64,000 nt of DNA, taken from positions 396,769 through 460,768 of the forward strand of contig OZ244779.1 in the NCBI GenBank assembly GCA_965219575.1, written 5' to 3'. Below, piece by piece: positions 40,134-49,334 of this stretch (its first letter is position 1; the number at the start of each line of letters is the position of its first letter). A model generated the notes under the pieces. The model saw only the letters and a program-made list of their open reading frames with translations, searched no databases and was not told the origin of the DNA. The position numbers and the translations under genes were made by a program. The DNA is from Candidatus Oxydemutatoraceae bacterium. Its GTDB lineage: Bacteria > Pseudomonadota > Gammaproteobacteria > Poriferisulfidales > Oxydemutatoraceae.

Positions 40134-40430
40134 GGGACTGTTGAAAAAGTACCGCTCTGCACGAATTCAACCGCTTTGCACCACATGTATGATAACCACA
40201 AAGTCGTAGGGGCAGACCTGTGTGTCTGCCCAAAACGATACCGTTCTGCACAGCCGTAACCGCTTGCGCCATTTAGTTTTGGTTTCCATAAATTGGATGA
40301 ATGAATGTATAAATTGTGCAGGCACAACGCGTTACGGGCAGAACAGAGCCGCCGATTGAGCCAGTAGGTCAATCGGCAATTTAATGAAGTCCGCCCCTAC
40401 CACTCTATGAAATACTTTTTCAACAGCCCC
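40134..40430. mobile_element. Mosaic MITE/REP element, copy 9, with 4-bp flanking duplication
   Basis: ATGT|GGGACTGTTGAAAAAGTA ... TACTTTTTCAACAGCCCC|ATGT. Confidence 0.88.
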
Positions 40431-40483
40431 ATGTAACCGCAGTCTGTCGAGAACTATTTTCCAACCACTTGCTATTCACTAAC

Positions 40484-41536
40484 TTAACCGGGAACTTGAT
40501 TTTTACCACGCTTCCGATTTTTAAGTAACATTGAAGCCTTAGGAACCGGAATAAAGTTATCGACTTTCTGATGATACTTAAATCTCACCCATAATAATTG
40601 AAAAGAAACAATTTTGATTGAAGGATTAAAAAATCTAACTATTTCTGAAAACCACGACCCGGTAGTATAGATTAACTGAGTTCTCGATAGAATCAAGAGA
40701 TCCATTAGTGCATCCTCTATTCGTTGTTTATCATAGAATTCTCGTTTGTGTAAGGGCCTATTGTCGTAAGACCGCTTAATTTCTGTAGAGAAAACTCTGC
40801 CGGGGAATGCCTCCTTTATTTGCTCAATGAATTGCGCCTGATCGGAACAGGCAAAGATATTATAACGATCATCCAAAACCTCTTTTAGATAAGCAATATA
40901 GGACTCTATGCTTATTAATCGGTATCCCCCCCCTGTTATTTTAAGATCGGTACCTCTATAGTGAATACCTACCCAATCGCCTTGTGGCTTGCTATTAAAC
41001 CACTCGTCGGCTTGCTCTCTAAAATCTGCTTTGATTGCTAGCTTGGAAATTATTTTGTATCCGAACTCGGCTGGAACTGCAAATTTTGCATAATTCTCCC
41101 ATAACCTAATCTTTCTAAGATACGATGCGCGATCTTTATGCAAGTTTTTTGGCGAATTTATTAGATCAAAATTGTCGAAAATACTTTCTAAGTCAGGACA
41201 ACCAACCTTGATATTCATATTCATTTTTTCACCAAACCACGCAACTCCGATTATTGCAAAAATATGGGTTGATATAGAACTACCTGTGCGTTTTTTGCTA
41301 TCAAATTTAATATTCCTGGAATGAGCAACTCTCATAGAGTTCACGGTAGACTTTAAGTTATACGCGGTAAAACATCGGCCTCTTTTTAATTTTTCCCAGT
41401 ATAGCGGGAACAAGAGGACTTCTTTATAAGGTGTCCTTTTCTTGTAATATCCGGCAAGTACAACATGAAGCGCACCAACAGCCACTATCAAAGCTTTCAA
41501 GCGATACCAAAGATTATGGGCAACCGTTCTGATCAT
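40484..41536 (-). CDS. NodZ/fucosyltransferase-like protein, paralog of 18941-20101
   Basis: WVGIHYRGTD, SYIAYLKEV, IFACSDQAQFIEQ, DALMDLLILS; AT-rich. Confidence 0.65.
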   Translation of the reverse strand: MIRTVAHNLWYRLKALIVAVGALHVVLAGYYKKRTPYKEVLLFPLYWEKLKRGRCFTAYNLKSTVNSMRVAHSRNIKFDSKKRTGSSISTHIFAIIGVAWFGEKMNMNIKVGCPDLESIFDNFDLINSPKNLHKDRASYLRKIRLWENYAKFAVPAEFGYKIISKLAIKADFREQADEWFNSKPQGDWVGIHYRGTDLKITGGGYRLISIESYIAYLKEVLDDRYNIFACSDQAQFIEQIKEAFPGRVFSTEIKRSYDNRPLHKREFYDKQRIEDALMDLLILSRTQLIYTTGSWFSEIVRFFNPSIKIVSFQLLWVRFKYHQKVDNFIPVPKASMLLKNRKRGKNQVPG

Positions 41537-41751
41537 TGTGTTGATTTTTTCTTTATTTTTAAGGATAAAACTTAAATGAAGTCTTTATTATAAGGCACTT
41601 TTATTCTAAGTACTGAAAACCTTGATAAGCTAGATTTCCAAGGTTGCATTCCGATGTCGGTCGGTTATTCCGGCTATGAGGGCAACCCTCGGTTGTGCGA
41701 TGAATCAAACATATAACCTTTATGTCATATAATTAGCCACAAGGATTTCTC

Positions 41752-43113
41752 ATGAACAGAAAAAAAGAAAAGTTTTTAGTTGTCGGAGCAGGCGGGCGCG
41801 AAAGTGCCTTTGCATCAAAACTCAACGAAGAAGGCAATATCTGTCTGTATGCCGTTATCGACCATGAGAACCCGACAATGATTGATTGTATCGAAGAATC
41901 GGGGGGAGAATATCTAGTTGAAAACACCACCAATACCGATGCCATTGCAAAATTTGCCGGCAAACACAACATAGATTACGCCTTTGTTAATGCCGACGCA
42001 CCGTTAGCGACCGGTGTCGTTGACGAGTTGTTAAAGCATAAAATTAAGGCGGTAGGCGGAACCCAAGCAGCAACACGAATTGAATGGGACAAGGTTTATG
42101 CCATGCAATTAATGAAGCAGAACTGTCCCGAATTCACACCATTTCATAGAACTATTTCTTCCGAGGGGGAGCTTGAAAGTGCCATTAAGGAATTTAAGAA
42201 GAGGAAGCTTTTAGTTGTTGTCAAGCCTCAGGGATTAACCGGGGGGAAAGGTGTTAAGGTCATGCGCGAACATTTGAAAACTTATCGGGATAGTGCCGAT
42301 TATGCCTCTTTGCTACTAAAGCGAAACAAAGGAGAAAAAGTCCTCTTGGTGGAGAAACTCGACGGAATAGAGTTTACCGTTATGGGTTTTACCGACGGAG
42401 ATAATCTGGTCATGGCACCGGCGAGTTATGACTATCCGTATAGATTTGAAAATGATAAGGGTGCGGGCACCGGCGGCATGGGATGTTTTACCCACTCTAA
42501 AAAGTTATTACCTTTTATGGACGATAAAGATTTTAGAGGTTGCCGAAAAATTATGCAAAAGATAATCGATGCGATGAGGCATGATGGCTTGGATTTTAGA
42601 GGCGTTCTCAACGGGGGATTTTTTAAGACCAAAAAAGGCATACAGTTTATGGAATTCAACGGGCGGTTCGGCGATCCCGAAGCACTTAACATATTGACGG
42701 TCTTAAAAACACCGTTTTCTCAAGTCATAAAAGACCTCTGGCATCGACGACTTGGTAGCGACCGAATAAAATTCACCAACAAAGCGAGTGTCATAAAATA
42801 TCTAGTTGCCAAAGAATATCCCGATAAAAGTCGCCGCGCGACACGATTTCAAATAGACGAACAAGCCATTAGAGATATGGGAATAAAAATATACTACGCG
42901 TCATGTGTCCGAAAAGGAAATGGTTATGCGACGCTCAAAAAATCGCGTGTTTTTGCCCTCGGCAAAGTAGCAAAGAACATTGAAAAGGCTTCCGAGTCAA
43001 TCAATCACGCGATTGATAACTATGTGAAGGGCAGTCTGGAGTATCGCAAGGATATCGGTTCATCGAATAATTTGCGCAAGCTGGCTAGATTAAGCGACCA
43101 TCTGCGTAGTTAA
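41752..43113 (+). CDS. purD: Phosphoribosylamine-glycine ligase
   Basis: GAGGRE, ATP-grasp VVKPQGLTGGKGV, TGGMG, EFNGRFGDPE, YRKDIG. Confidence 0.9.
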   Translation: MNRKKEKFLVVGAGGRESAFASKLNEEGNICLYAVIDHENPTMIDCIEESGGEYLVENTTNTDAIAKFAGKHNIDYAFVNADAPLATGVVDELLKHKIKAVGGTQAATRIEWDKVYAMQLMKQNCPEFTPFHRTISSEGELESAIKEFKKRKLLVVVKPQGLTGGKGVKVMREHLKTYRDSADYASLLLKRNKGEKVLLVEKLDGIEFTVMGFTDGDNLVMAPASYDYPYRFENDKGAGTGGMGCFTHSKKLLPFMDDKDFRGCRKIMQKIIDAMRHDGLDFRGVLNGGFFKTKKGIQFMEFNGRFGDPEALNILTVLKTPFSQVIKDLWHRRLGSDRIKFTNKASVIKYLVAKEYPDKSRRATRFQIDEQAIRDMGIKIYYASCVRKGNGYATLKKSRVFALGKVAKNIEKASESINHAIDNYVKGSLEYRKDIGSSNNLRKLARLSDHLRS

Positions 43114-43118
43114 AGCAT

Positions 43119-43760
43119 CGGGCTGTTGAAAAAGTATCCACGAACTGTAAGGACGGTACATTCCCCTCCTTCGGAGGGGTAGCAGGCGCAGCCTGACGGG
43201 GTGGTTGCGGAAGTGGGGCTGTTGAAAAAGTATCCACGAACTGTAAGGACGGTACATTCCCCTCCTTTGGAGGGGTGGCAGGCGCAGCCTGACGGGGTGG
43301 TCGCTGGGGTCTTGCACAATGTCACGCCGATTCACCTACTCGCTCAATCGGCGGCTCTGTTCTACCCGTAACTTGTTGCGCCTGTACAATTTATACATTT
43401 ATTCATCCAATTTATGGAAACCAAAGCCATACGGCGTAAGCGATTACGGCTGTGCAGAACGACACTTAAGGGCAGACACACAGGTCTGCCCCTACGGCTT
43501 GGTGGTTATTATAAATTCATGGCACAAGCGGTTACGGTTGCAAGCTGACGATACTTTTTCAACAGCCCCGTCGTATCTGTACTATTTACTCATTCATCCA
43601 ATTTATGGAAACCAAAGCCATACGGCGTAAGCGATTACGGCTGTGCAGAACGACACTTAAGGGCAGACACACAGGTCTGCCCCTACGGCTTGGTGGTTAT
43701 TATAAATTCATGGCGCAAGCGGTTACGGTTGCAAGCTGACGATACTTTTTCAACAGCCCC
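43119..43760. mobile_element. Mosaic MITE/REP element, large composite copy 10
   Basis: Two tandem left-end/CCCCTCC modules (43119, 43215); two near-identical right arms of about 169 bp (43401-43569, 43592-43760). Confidence 0.9.
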
Positions 43761-43770
43761 ACTATCGTGT

Positions 43771-45837
43771 TCATACATCGGCATAGTGTATAGATTGACC
43801 GAGCCAACGGTCAATTAACTTATCTACGGTTTCGGGTGATTGCTCGAGGAGGTGGTCGGCGACGGTGTAGGTTTTTTTCATTAGTTCTCTATCGCGCGTG
43901 AGGTCGGCAACCCTAAAGTAAGTCTGTCCGGTTTGTCGGGTGCCGAGTATCTCGCCCGAACCGCGTTGCCGCAGATCTTCTTTGGCAATCTCAAATCCGT
44001 CGTTGGTCCTGCGCATCACTTTAATGCGCGCCTCGGCATTCTCCGATAAAGGCGGGTGATATATCAACACACAGGTGCTCTGTTTTTCACCTCTGCCGAC
44101 GCGTCCGCGCAGCTGGTGTAGTTGTGCCAAACCCAAACGCTCGGCATTTTCTATGACCATCAGGGTTGCGTTCGGAACATCCACACCGACTTCTATCACG
44201 GTGGTAGCGACAAGTAATTGGATGCGCTGTTCCCTAAATGCCTGCATCGCTTGTTCTTTCATCTGAGCCTTCATTCCACCGTGAACCAATCCTATTGCTA
44301 TGTCCGGCATCGCCGTTTTGAGAAATTCATAACTGTTTTCGGCAGCTTGATAACCCAGAGTCTTGGATTCTTCTATTAAGGTGCAAACCCAATATACCTG
44401 ACTGCCTTGACGGCATGCCGAATGCACGCGTGCCACAACTTCGTCTCTACGCTCGTCGGATACCGCGACGGTTTTGATTTCTTGGCGCCCCGGCGGTAGC
44501 GTATCGATAACCGAGTAATCAAGGTCGGCATACATCGTCATTGCCAAACTACGCGGAATAGGTGTTGCGGTCATAATCAATTGATGGGGTTGGTAGTCTC
44601 TTCGCTCACCTTTTTGCTTCAGCAACAATCGCTGATGCACGCCGAAACGATGCTGTTCGTCAACCACGACAACCGCCAATTTATCGAAACTGACCGTCTC
44701 TTGAAATAATGCGTGCGTGCCGATGACGATCTGCGAAACCCCGTGTCTGATATGCCTCAATATCGCACGCTTCTCGGTCACCTTTTGATTACCCAATAGC
44801 AGACTGATACGCACCTCTAAAGGTTCCAGAATAGTGCGAAGATTGGTATAGTGCTGTTCGGCTAGAATTTCCGTAGGCACCATCATCGCCGCCTGATAAC
44901 CTGCCGACACCGCTTTTAGCATTGCGGCAACGGCAACTATCGTTTTCCCCGATCCCACATCACCCTGCACCAGACGCATCATCGCCTCCGATTTAGACAA
45001 ATCGTCGGTTATTTCGGCAACCACTCGATGTTGTGCGGCAGTCAAATCAAACGGCAGTAACGACAACAAACGCTTAAACAAAAAATCTTCACCCTGTAAG
45101 TTTGCGGCTCTTTCCACACGGTTCTGTAAGCGTAGTTTCTTTAAGCTAACGACATTAGCCAGCAGTTCCTCAAACGCCAGACGCCGCCGAGCAACATGTT
45201 CACCTTCGAGCAACGCATCCAAATCGGTGTCCGGAGGTGGACGATGTATCAAGCCTATCGCATCCGCCAAACTAATGTCGTAAGCCCATTTTGCAGGCAG
45301 CAACTCCTCTAAAAAATCGGGCGAATCGGCCAGCCACTGCAAGGATTTATCGATATAACGATACAAACTCGCTTGCTTTAAGTCGGCGGTTGTCGGATAA
45401 ATCGGGGTGTAGAAAGACTGCACCGGCACCGGTTCGTGATCCTTGATAAAGCGATATTCCGGATGAACCATTTCATACCTTACTTTGCGCGCAAGCCTGA
45501 CCTCTCCGTAGGCGTATAGACGCGCACCGGGCTTAAAAAAAAACCTTTGTCGTTCGGAAAAATGAAAAAAGCGAAATTGCAGGGTCGCACCGCTTGTATC
45601 TCTGACCACGGCGATCAAAACCCTACGCCCTTCGTAAGCGACGCGAGCCGACTCCAGCACACCCTCTATCAAAGCCTCGTCGCCTATGCGCAGTTCGTCG
45701 ATCCGTCTGACGCGGGTTTTATCTTTATACCGTAGCGGAAAATGAAACAGCAAATCCTCGATACAATTTATACCCAGCTTATTCAACGATGCCTCGGCTA
45801 CAGACCCAATGCCACGCAATGCGGTAAGTGCCGTCAT
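43771..45837 (-). CDS. recG: ATP-dependent DNA helicase RecG
   Basis: QGDVGSGKT, DEQHRFG, MTATPIPR, QLHQLRGRVGRG. Confidence 0.97.
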   Translation of the reverse strand: MTALTALRGIGSVAEASLNKLGINCIEDLLFHFPLRYKDKTRVRRIDELRIGDEALIEGVLESARVAYEGRRVLIAVVRDTSGATLQFRFFHFSERQRFFFKPGARLYAYGEVRLARKVRYEMVHPEYRFIKDHEPVPVQSFYTPIYPTTADLKQASLYRYIDKSLQWLADSPDFLEELLPAKWAYDISLADAIGLIHRPPPDTDLDALLEGEHVARRRLAFEELLANVVSLKKLRLQNRVERAANLQGEDFLFKRLLSLLPFDLTAAQHRVVAEITDDLSKSEAMMRLVQGDVGSGKTIVAVAAMLKAVSAGYQAAMMVPTEILAEQHYTNLRTILEPLEVRISLLLGNQKVTEKRAILRHIRHGVSQIVIGTHALFQETVSFDKLAVVVVDEQHRFGVHQRLLLKQKGERRDYQPHQLIMTATPIPRSLAMTMYADLDYSVIDTLPPGRQEIKTVAVSDERRDEVVARVHSACRQGSQVYWVCTLIEESKTLGYQAAENSYEFLKTAMPDIAIGLVHGGMKAQMKEQAMQAFREQRIQLLVATTVIEVGVDVPNATLMVIENAERLGLAQLHQLRGRVGRGEKQSTCVLIYHPPLSENAEARIKVMRRTNDGFEIAKEDLRQRGSGEILGTRQTGQTYFRVADLTRDRELMKKTYTVADHLLEQSPETVDKLIDRWLGQSIHYADV

Positions 45838-45865
45838 AAAACTAAAGAATGTCGGGGGTGGTTAT

Positions 45866-46116
45866 GGGACTGTTGAAAAAGTATCCACGAACCGTAGGGG
45901 CGGACTTGCATGTCCGCCCGTGACGCGTTGGTCGGCACGATTTATACATTCATCCACCCGATTTATGGAAACCAAAACCATACAGCGCAAGCGGTTACAG
46001 TTGTGCAGAACGGTACTTTAGGGCGGACATGCAAGTCCGCCCCTACAAATGGTTTGCGTAATTGAGGGGCGCAAGCGGTTACGGTTGCACGCTGACGATA
46101 CTTTTTTAACAGCCCT
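45866..46116. mobile_element. Mosaic MITE/REP element, copy 11 (between ridA and recG)
   Basis: GGGACTGTTGAAAAAGTATCCACGAAC, two inverted GTAG REPs around the spacer, TACTTTTTTAACAGCCC. Confidence 0.88.
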
Positions 46117-46122
46117 CTATTT

Positions 46123-46506
46123 TTAAGGCAAATGCATGATGGCATCAATTTCTATGTCCACGCCTTTGGGCAACGCCGAGACTTGCACCGCCGCACGCGC
46201 CGGGTACGGTTCGGAGAAATATTCCGCCATCACTTCGTTTATCTCGGCAAAATGACTTAAGTCGCAAAGATAAACATTTAATTTGACGATGTCCGCCAAA
46301 GAGCCTCCGGCGGCGGTTGCCACCGCACTCAGATTATCAAACACCGTGCGTGTGTGCACCGTGATATCGCCGGCGACGACTTCCATCGTTTCGGGAAATA
46401 GCGGGATCTGTCCCGACAAATAAACGGTTTGTCCAACCTTGACCGCCTGAGAATAAGTCCCTATGGCTTCGGGAGCATGGTCTGTTTTTATAATTTCTTT
46501 GGTCAT
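46123..46506 (-). CDS. ridA: RidA family enamine/imine deaminase
   Basis: [28 protein letters not shown]. Confidence 0.92.
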   Translation of the reverse strand: MTKEIIKTDHAPEAIGTYSQAVKVGQTVYLSGQIPLFPETMEVVAGDITVHTRTVFDNLSAVATAAGGSLADIVKLNVYLCDLSHFAEINEVMAEYFSEPYPARAAVQVSALPKGVDIEIDAIMHLP

Positions 46507-46564
46507 CAATCACCTCCGTTAAAAATGTTTCTAAAAGATCATTCTAGCCGAGCGGACAGGGGGC

Positions 46565-48733
46565 TTAATGAGATTTAACTCTGGACACGCTAACATCTTC
46601 GAATGCTTGGCTGATGCGCCTCATTATTCTATCCAATTGATTTGTATCGCGTACGCTGAGCACGAAAGTAACCGCCGCACTGCCGACACCCTGCTCGTCT
46701 AAAGAAACATTCTTTATGTTGGAACCGGTTTGCGCTATCTTTGACGCCAAGGTTGCCAACACACCGCTTTGATGTGGCACGACGATACGAATAGCGGCGG
46801 AATATTCCGATAGGGTATTCGGCTTGTCCGCCCAACTAAGTAAAATTCTCTGCATCTTCTTAGCGCGTATATTGGAACAATTTTTGCGGTGTATCACCAA
46901 ACCTTTGCCCGGGCTCATCGTTCCGATAATCGAGTCACCGGGAACAGGATAACAACACTTGGCACAGACCACAGCCATGCCTTCGGCACCTTTGATAATA
47001 GCCTCGGGTTCTATCTCCAAGCTAAGTTGCGCATCGGCTTGAGAAACATCGGTCAAAAGCACGACAACCAATGAGGGAAGTTGCCGACCCAATCCTATCT
47101 CTTTGAACAATTCGTCGACATCTCTTAGTTTTAAGGACTCCAGAACTTCTGTCATACGCGATTTAGATATATCCGATAAATGCCGTTGGCAACTTGCCAG
47201 AGCCTGCTTTAACAAATAACGCCCCAGTTCTACCGCTTCGTACGACTCTATCTGTTTTAAGTACTGCACTATCGCCGTACGGGCTTTGGCGGTTGCCACA
47301 AACTCCAGCCACCTAGAATCGGGTGCGACATTATCTGCGGTAATGACCTCTACCGTTTGTCCACTTTGTAGCTTAAAGTTCAGAGCTTCTATATGACCGT
47401 TGACACGAACCTTCGCAGTAGAAAGCCCCAAATCGGTATGGATAGCAAAAGCAAAATCAAGTGCGGTTGCATTACGCGGTAAAACAATAATTTTTCCTTG
47501 CGGTGTGAAAACATAGACCTCCGCAGGGAAGAGCTGGGTTTTTAGGCTTTCCATATACTCGGCCGAGTTGTTTCCGGTCTTTTGTTGCAAACCTATGAGA
47601 TTTTGCATCCAACGGCGCGCCATCGTCGACCGATTGGATTCACCGGTCTTATAAAGCGCATGGGCGGCGATACCGCTCTCGGCAATTTCCTCCATCTCTT
47701 GCGTTCTAATCTGCACTTCCAATTTGATCCCTTGCGAGCCGACTACAACCGTATGCAGCGATTGATAACCATTGGGCTTGGGCAATGCAATGTAATCCTT
47801 GAAGCGACCGGGCACCGGCTTGAATAAATTATGCAATAATCCGAGCATGCGGTAGCAATGATCTACATTCGAGACAATGATGCGAATTGCATAAATATCA
47901 AAGATTTGATTTAGGGAATGTCCACGCTCTTTCATCTTTCGGTAGATGCTGTAAAGGTGCTTGCTGCGCCCGTACATGCGACATGAAAACTCGGCAGATT
48001 CCAAATGCACGCGAAAGATTTGTAGCATCTTCTCTACCAGATCCCTGCGCTTATCGTATCTGCGCACCGCCCTCTCGAGTGACCTATAGCGCAACGGATA
48101 CAAGGCTTTGAACGACAAGTCTTCCAACTCCAAGCGGATCCTGTCTATGCCTAAGCACTGCGCCAACGGTGCGTATATCTCGAGCGTCTCTTGCGCGATC
48201 CTTTTTTGTTTGGGAAAAGGCAAATAGTAAATCGTCCGCATATTGTGTAGGCGGTCGGATAGCTTGACTAGTATGACACGCGGGTCTTTGGCCATCGCCA
48301 ATAGCATCTTTTGAAAGTTTTTAGCTTGACCGATCTCTTTGCTTTCAAATTCCAGTTTGGGCAATTTACTTACCCCGTCGACAACCTCGGCAACCGCCTT
48401 GCCGAAGTGCTCGGACAACTGGTTTTTAGTAATATCGGTGTCCTCCAATACATCGTGCAACAACCCTGCAGAAATAGTGACTGCATCCAAACGCAGTTCC
48501 GCCATTATTTGCGCAACTTGTATGGGATGATAAATATAAGGATCCCCCGAGATGCGCTTTTGATCCAAATGCGCCTCGGCACCGAATAAATAAGCATTAT
48601 GAACACGATGGACTTCCTCGGCAGTCATATAACGACTCACGGCATCGTGCAATTTATCCAGTGCCGTGCTGTGTACCGGAAGTTTGCCACGTCTGCTATG
48701 AAAATCCCCCACAAAGGTTTTTGACGCTTCCAT
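46565..48733 (-). CDS. spoT: Bifunctional (p)ppGpp synthetase/hydrolase
   Basis: HD domain LLHDVLED, DRLHNMRT, KPNGYQSLHT, TGS and ACT domains. Confidence 0.95.
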   Translation of the reverse strand: MEASKTFVGDFHSRRGKLPVHSTALDKLHDAVSRYMTAEEVHRVHNAYLFGAEAHLDQKRISGDPYIYHPIQVAQIMAELRLDAVTISAGLLHDVLEDTDITKNQLSEHFGKAVAEVVDGVSKLPKLEFESKEIGQAKNFQKMLLAMAKDPRVILVKLSDRLHNMRTIYYLPFPKQKRIAQETLEIYAPLAQCLGIDRIRLELEDLSFKALYPLRYRSLERAVRRYDKRRDLVEKMLQIFRVHLESAEFSCRMYGRSKHLYSIYRKMKERGHSLNQIFDIYAIRIIVSNVDHCYRMLGLLHNLFKPVPGRFKDYIALPKPNGYQSLHTVVVGSQGIKLEVQIRTQEMEEIAESGIAAHALYKTGESNRSTMARRWMQNLIGLQQKTGNNSAEYMESLKTQLFPAEVYVFTPQGKIIVLPRNATALDFAFAIHTDLGLSTAKVRVNGHIEALNFKLQSGQTVEVITADNVAPDSRWLEFVATAKARTAIVQYLKQIESYEAVELGRYLLKQALASCQRHLSDISKSRMTEVLESLKLRDVDELFKEIGLGRQLPSLVVVLLTDVSQADAQLSLEIEPEAIIKGAEGMAVVCAKCCYPVPGDSIIGTMSPGKGLVIHRKNCSNIRAKKMQRILLSWADKPNTLSEYSAAIRIVVPHQSGVLATLASKIAQTGSNIKNVSLDEQGVGSAAVTFVLSVRDTNQLDRIMRRISQAFEDVSVSRVKSH

Positions 48734-48773
48734 AGCAGACTAAAACCCGATTAAAAAGTCTGCCGTAGCGGTA

Positions 48774-49151
48774 TTAGGCTTCGCCTGTTTTAGGCTCGTC
48801 ATCCTCCGATTCTGCCTCTTGCGCCGGTGCATCATCTTCGCCTTCTACTTCGTTCATGTCACCGTAGTTTTCTATATCCGGAATAACCTCTCCTAAATCG
48901 TCGGACTGCGCCAATAAACCTTGTTCTTGTTCCCAAGGCTCTTTCTCGCCTAAAGGCTTGCTGAGCACCCCTTCGTCTATCTTGCCCTCGGCAATCTCCC
49001 GCAATGCGATGACTACCGGCTTATCTCCCTCCTTATCAACCATAGGCTTCGCACCTAATTCCAGCTGGTGCGCCCGGTGGGACGCTATCTGGACTACCCT
49101 GAAATGACTGCCGACTTTTTCAATGCAGTCTTCTATTGTAACTCTTGCCAT
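48774..49151 (-). CDS. rpoZ: RNA polymerase omega subunit
   Basis: MARVTIEDC, DKPVVIALREIAEG, acidic tail. Confidence 0.95.
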   Translation of the reverse strand: MARVTIEDCIEKVGSHFRVVQIASHRAHQLELGAKPMVDKEGDKPVVIALREIAEGKIDEGVLSKPLGEKEPWEQEQGLLAQSDDLGEVIPDIENYGDMNEVEGEDDAPAQEAESEDDEPKTGEA

Positions 49152-49334
49152 AATGCCTCTCTTTATGATGGGTGAAAATAATCCGCCTCATATCAAGGCG
49201 AAATGCAATTATACCCTAGCTACGGGCAAGTTCAAAGCGAAGGGGCGGGTAGAAATGCCGGTCTTTGAGGACAATAGCATGAAAACTCACTTTGCTGGCG
49301 GTTCTAAAAATAGAGGAAGGTCAAATAGAATACC

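Noticed and set aside
43119-43760. Possible CRISPR array in the recurring 20-40 bp motifs
   Set aside because: There is no regular repeat-unique spacer periodicity, the intervening sequences are themselves repeated, and no cas genes are present.
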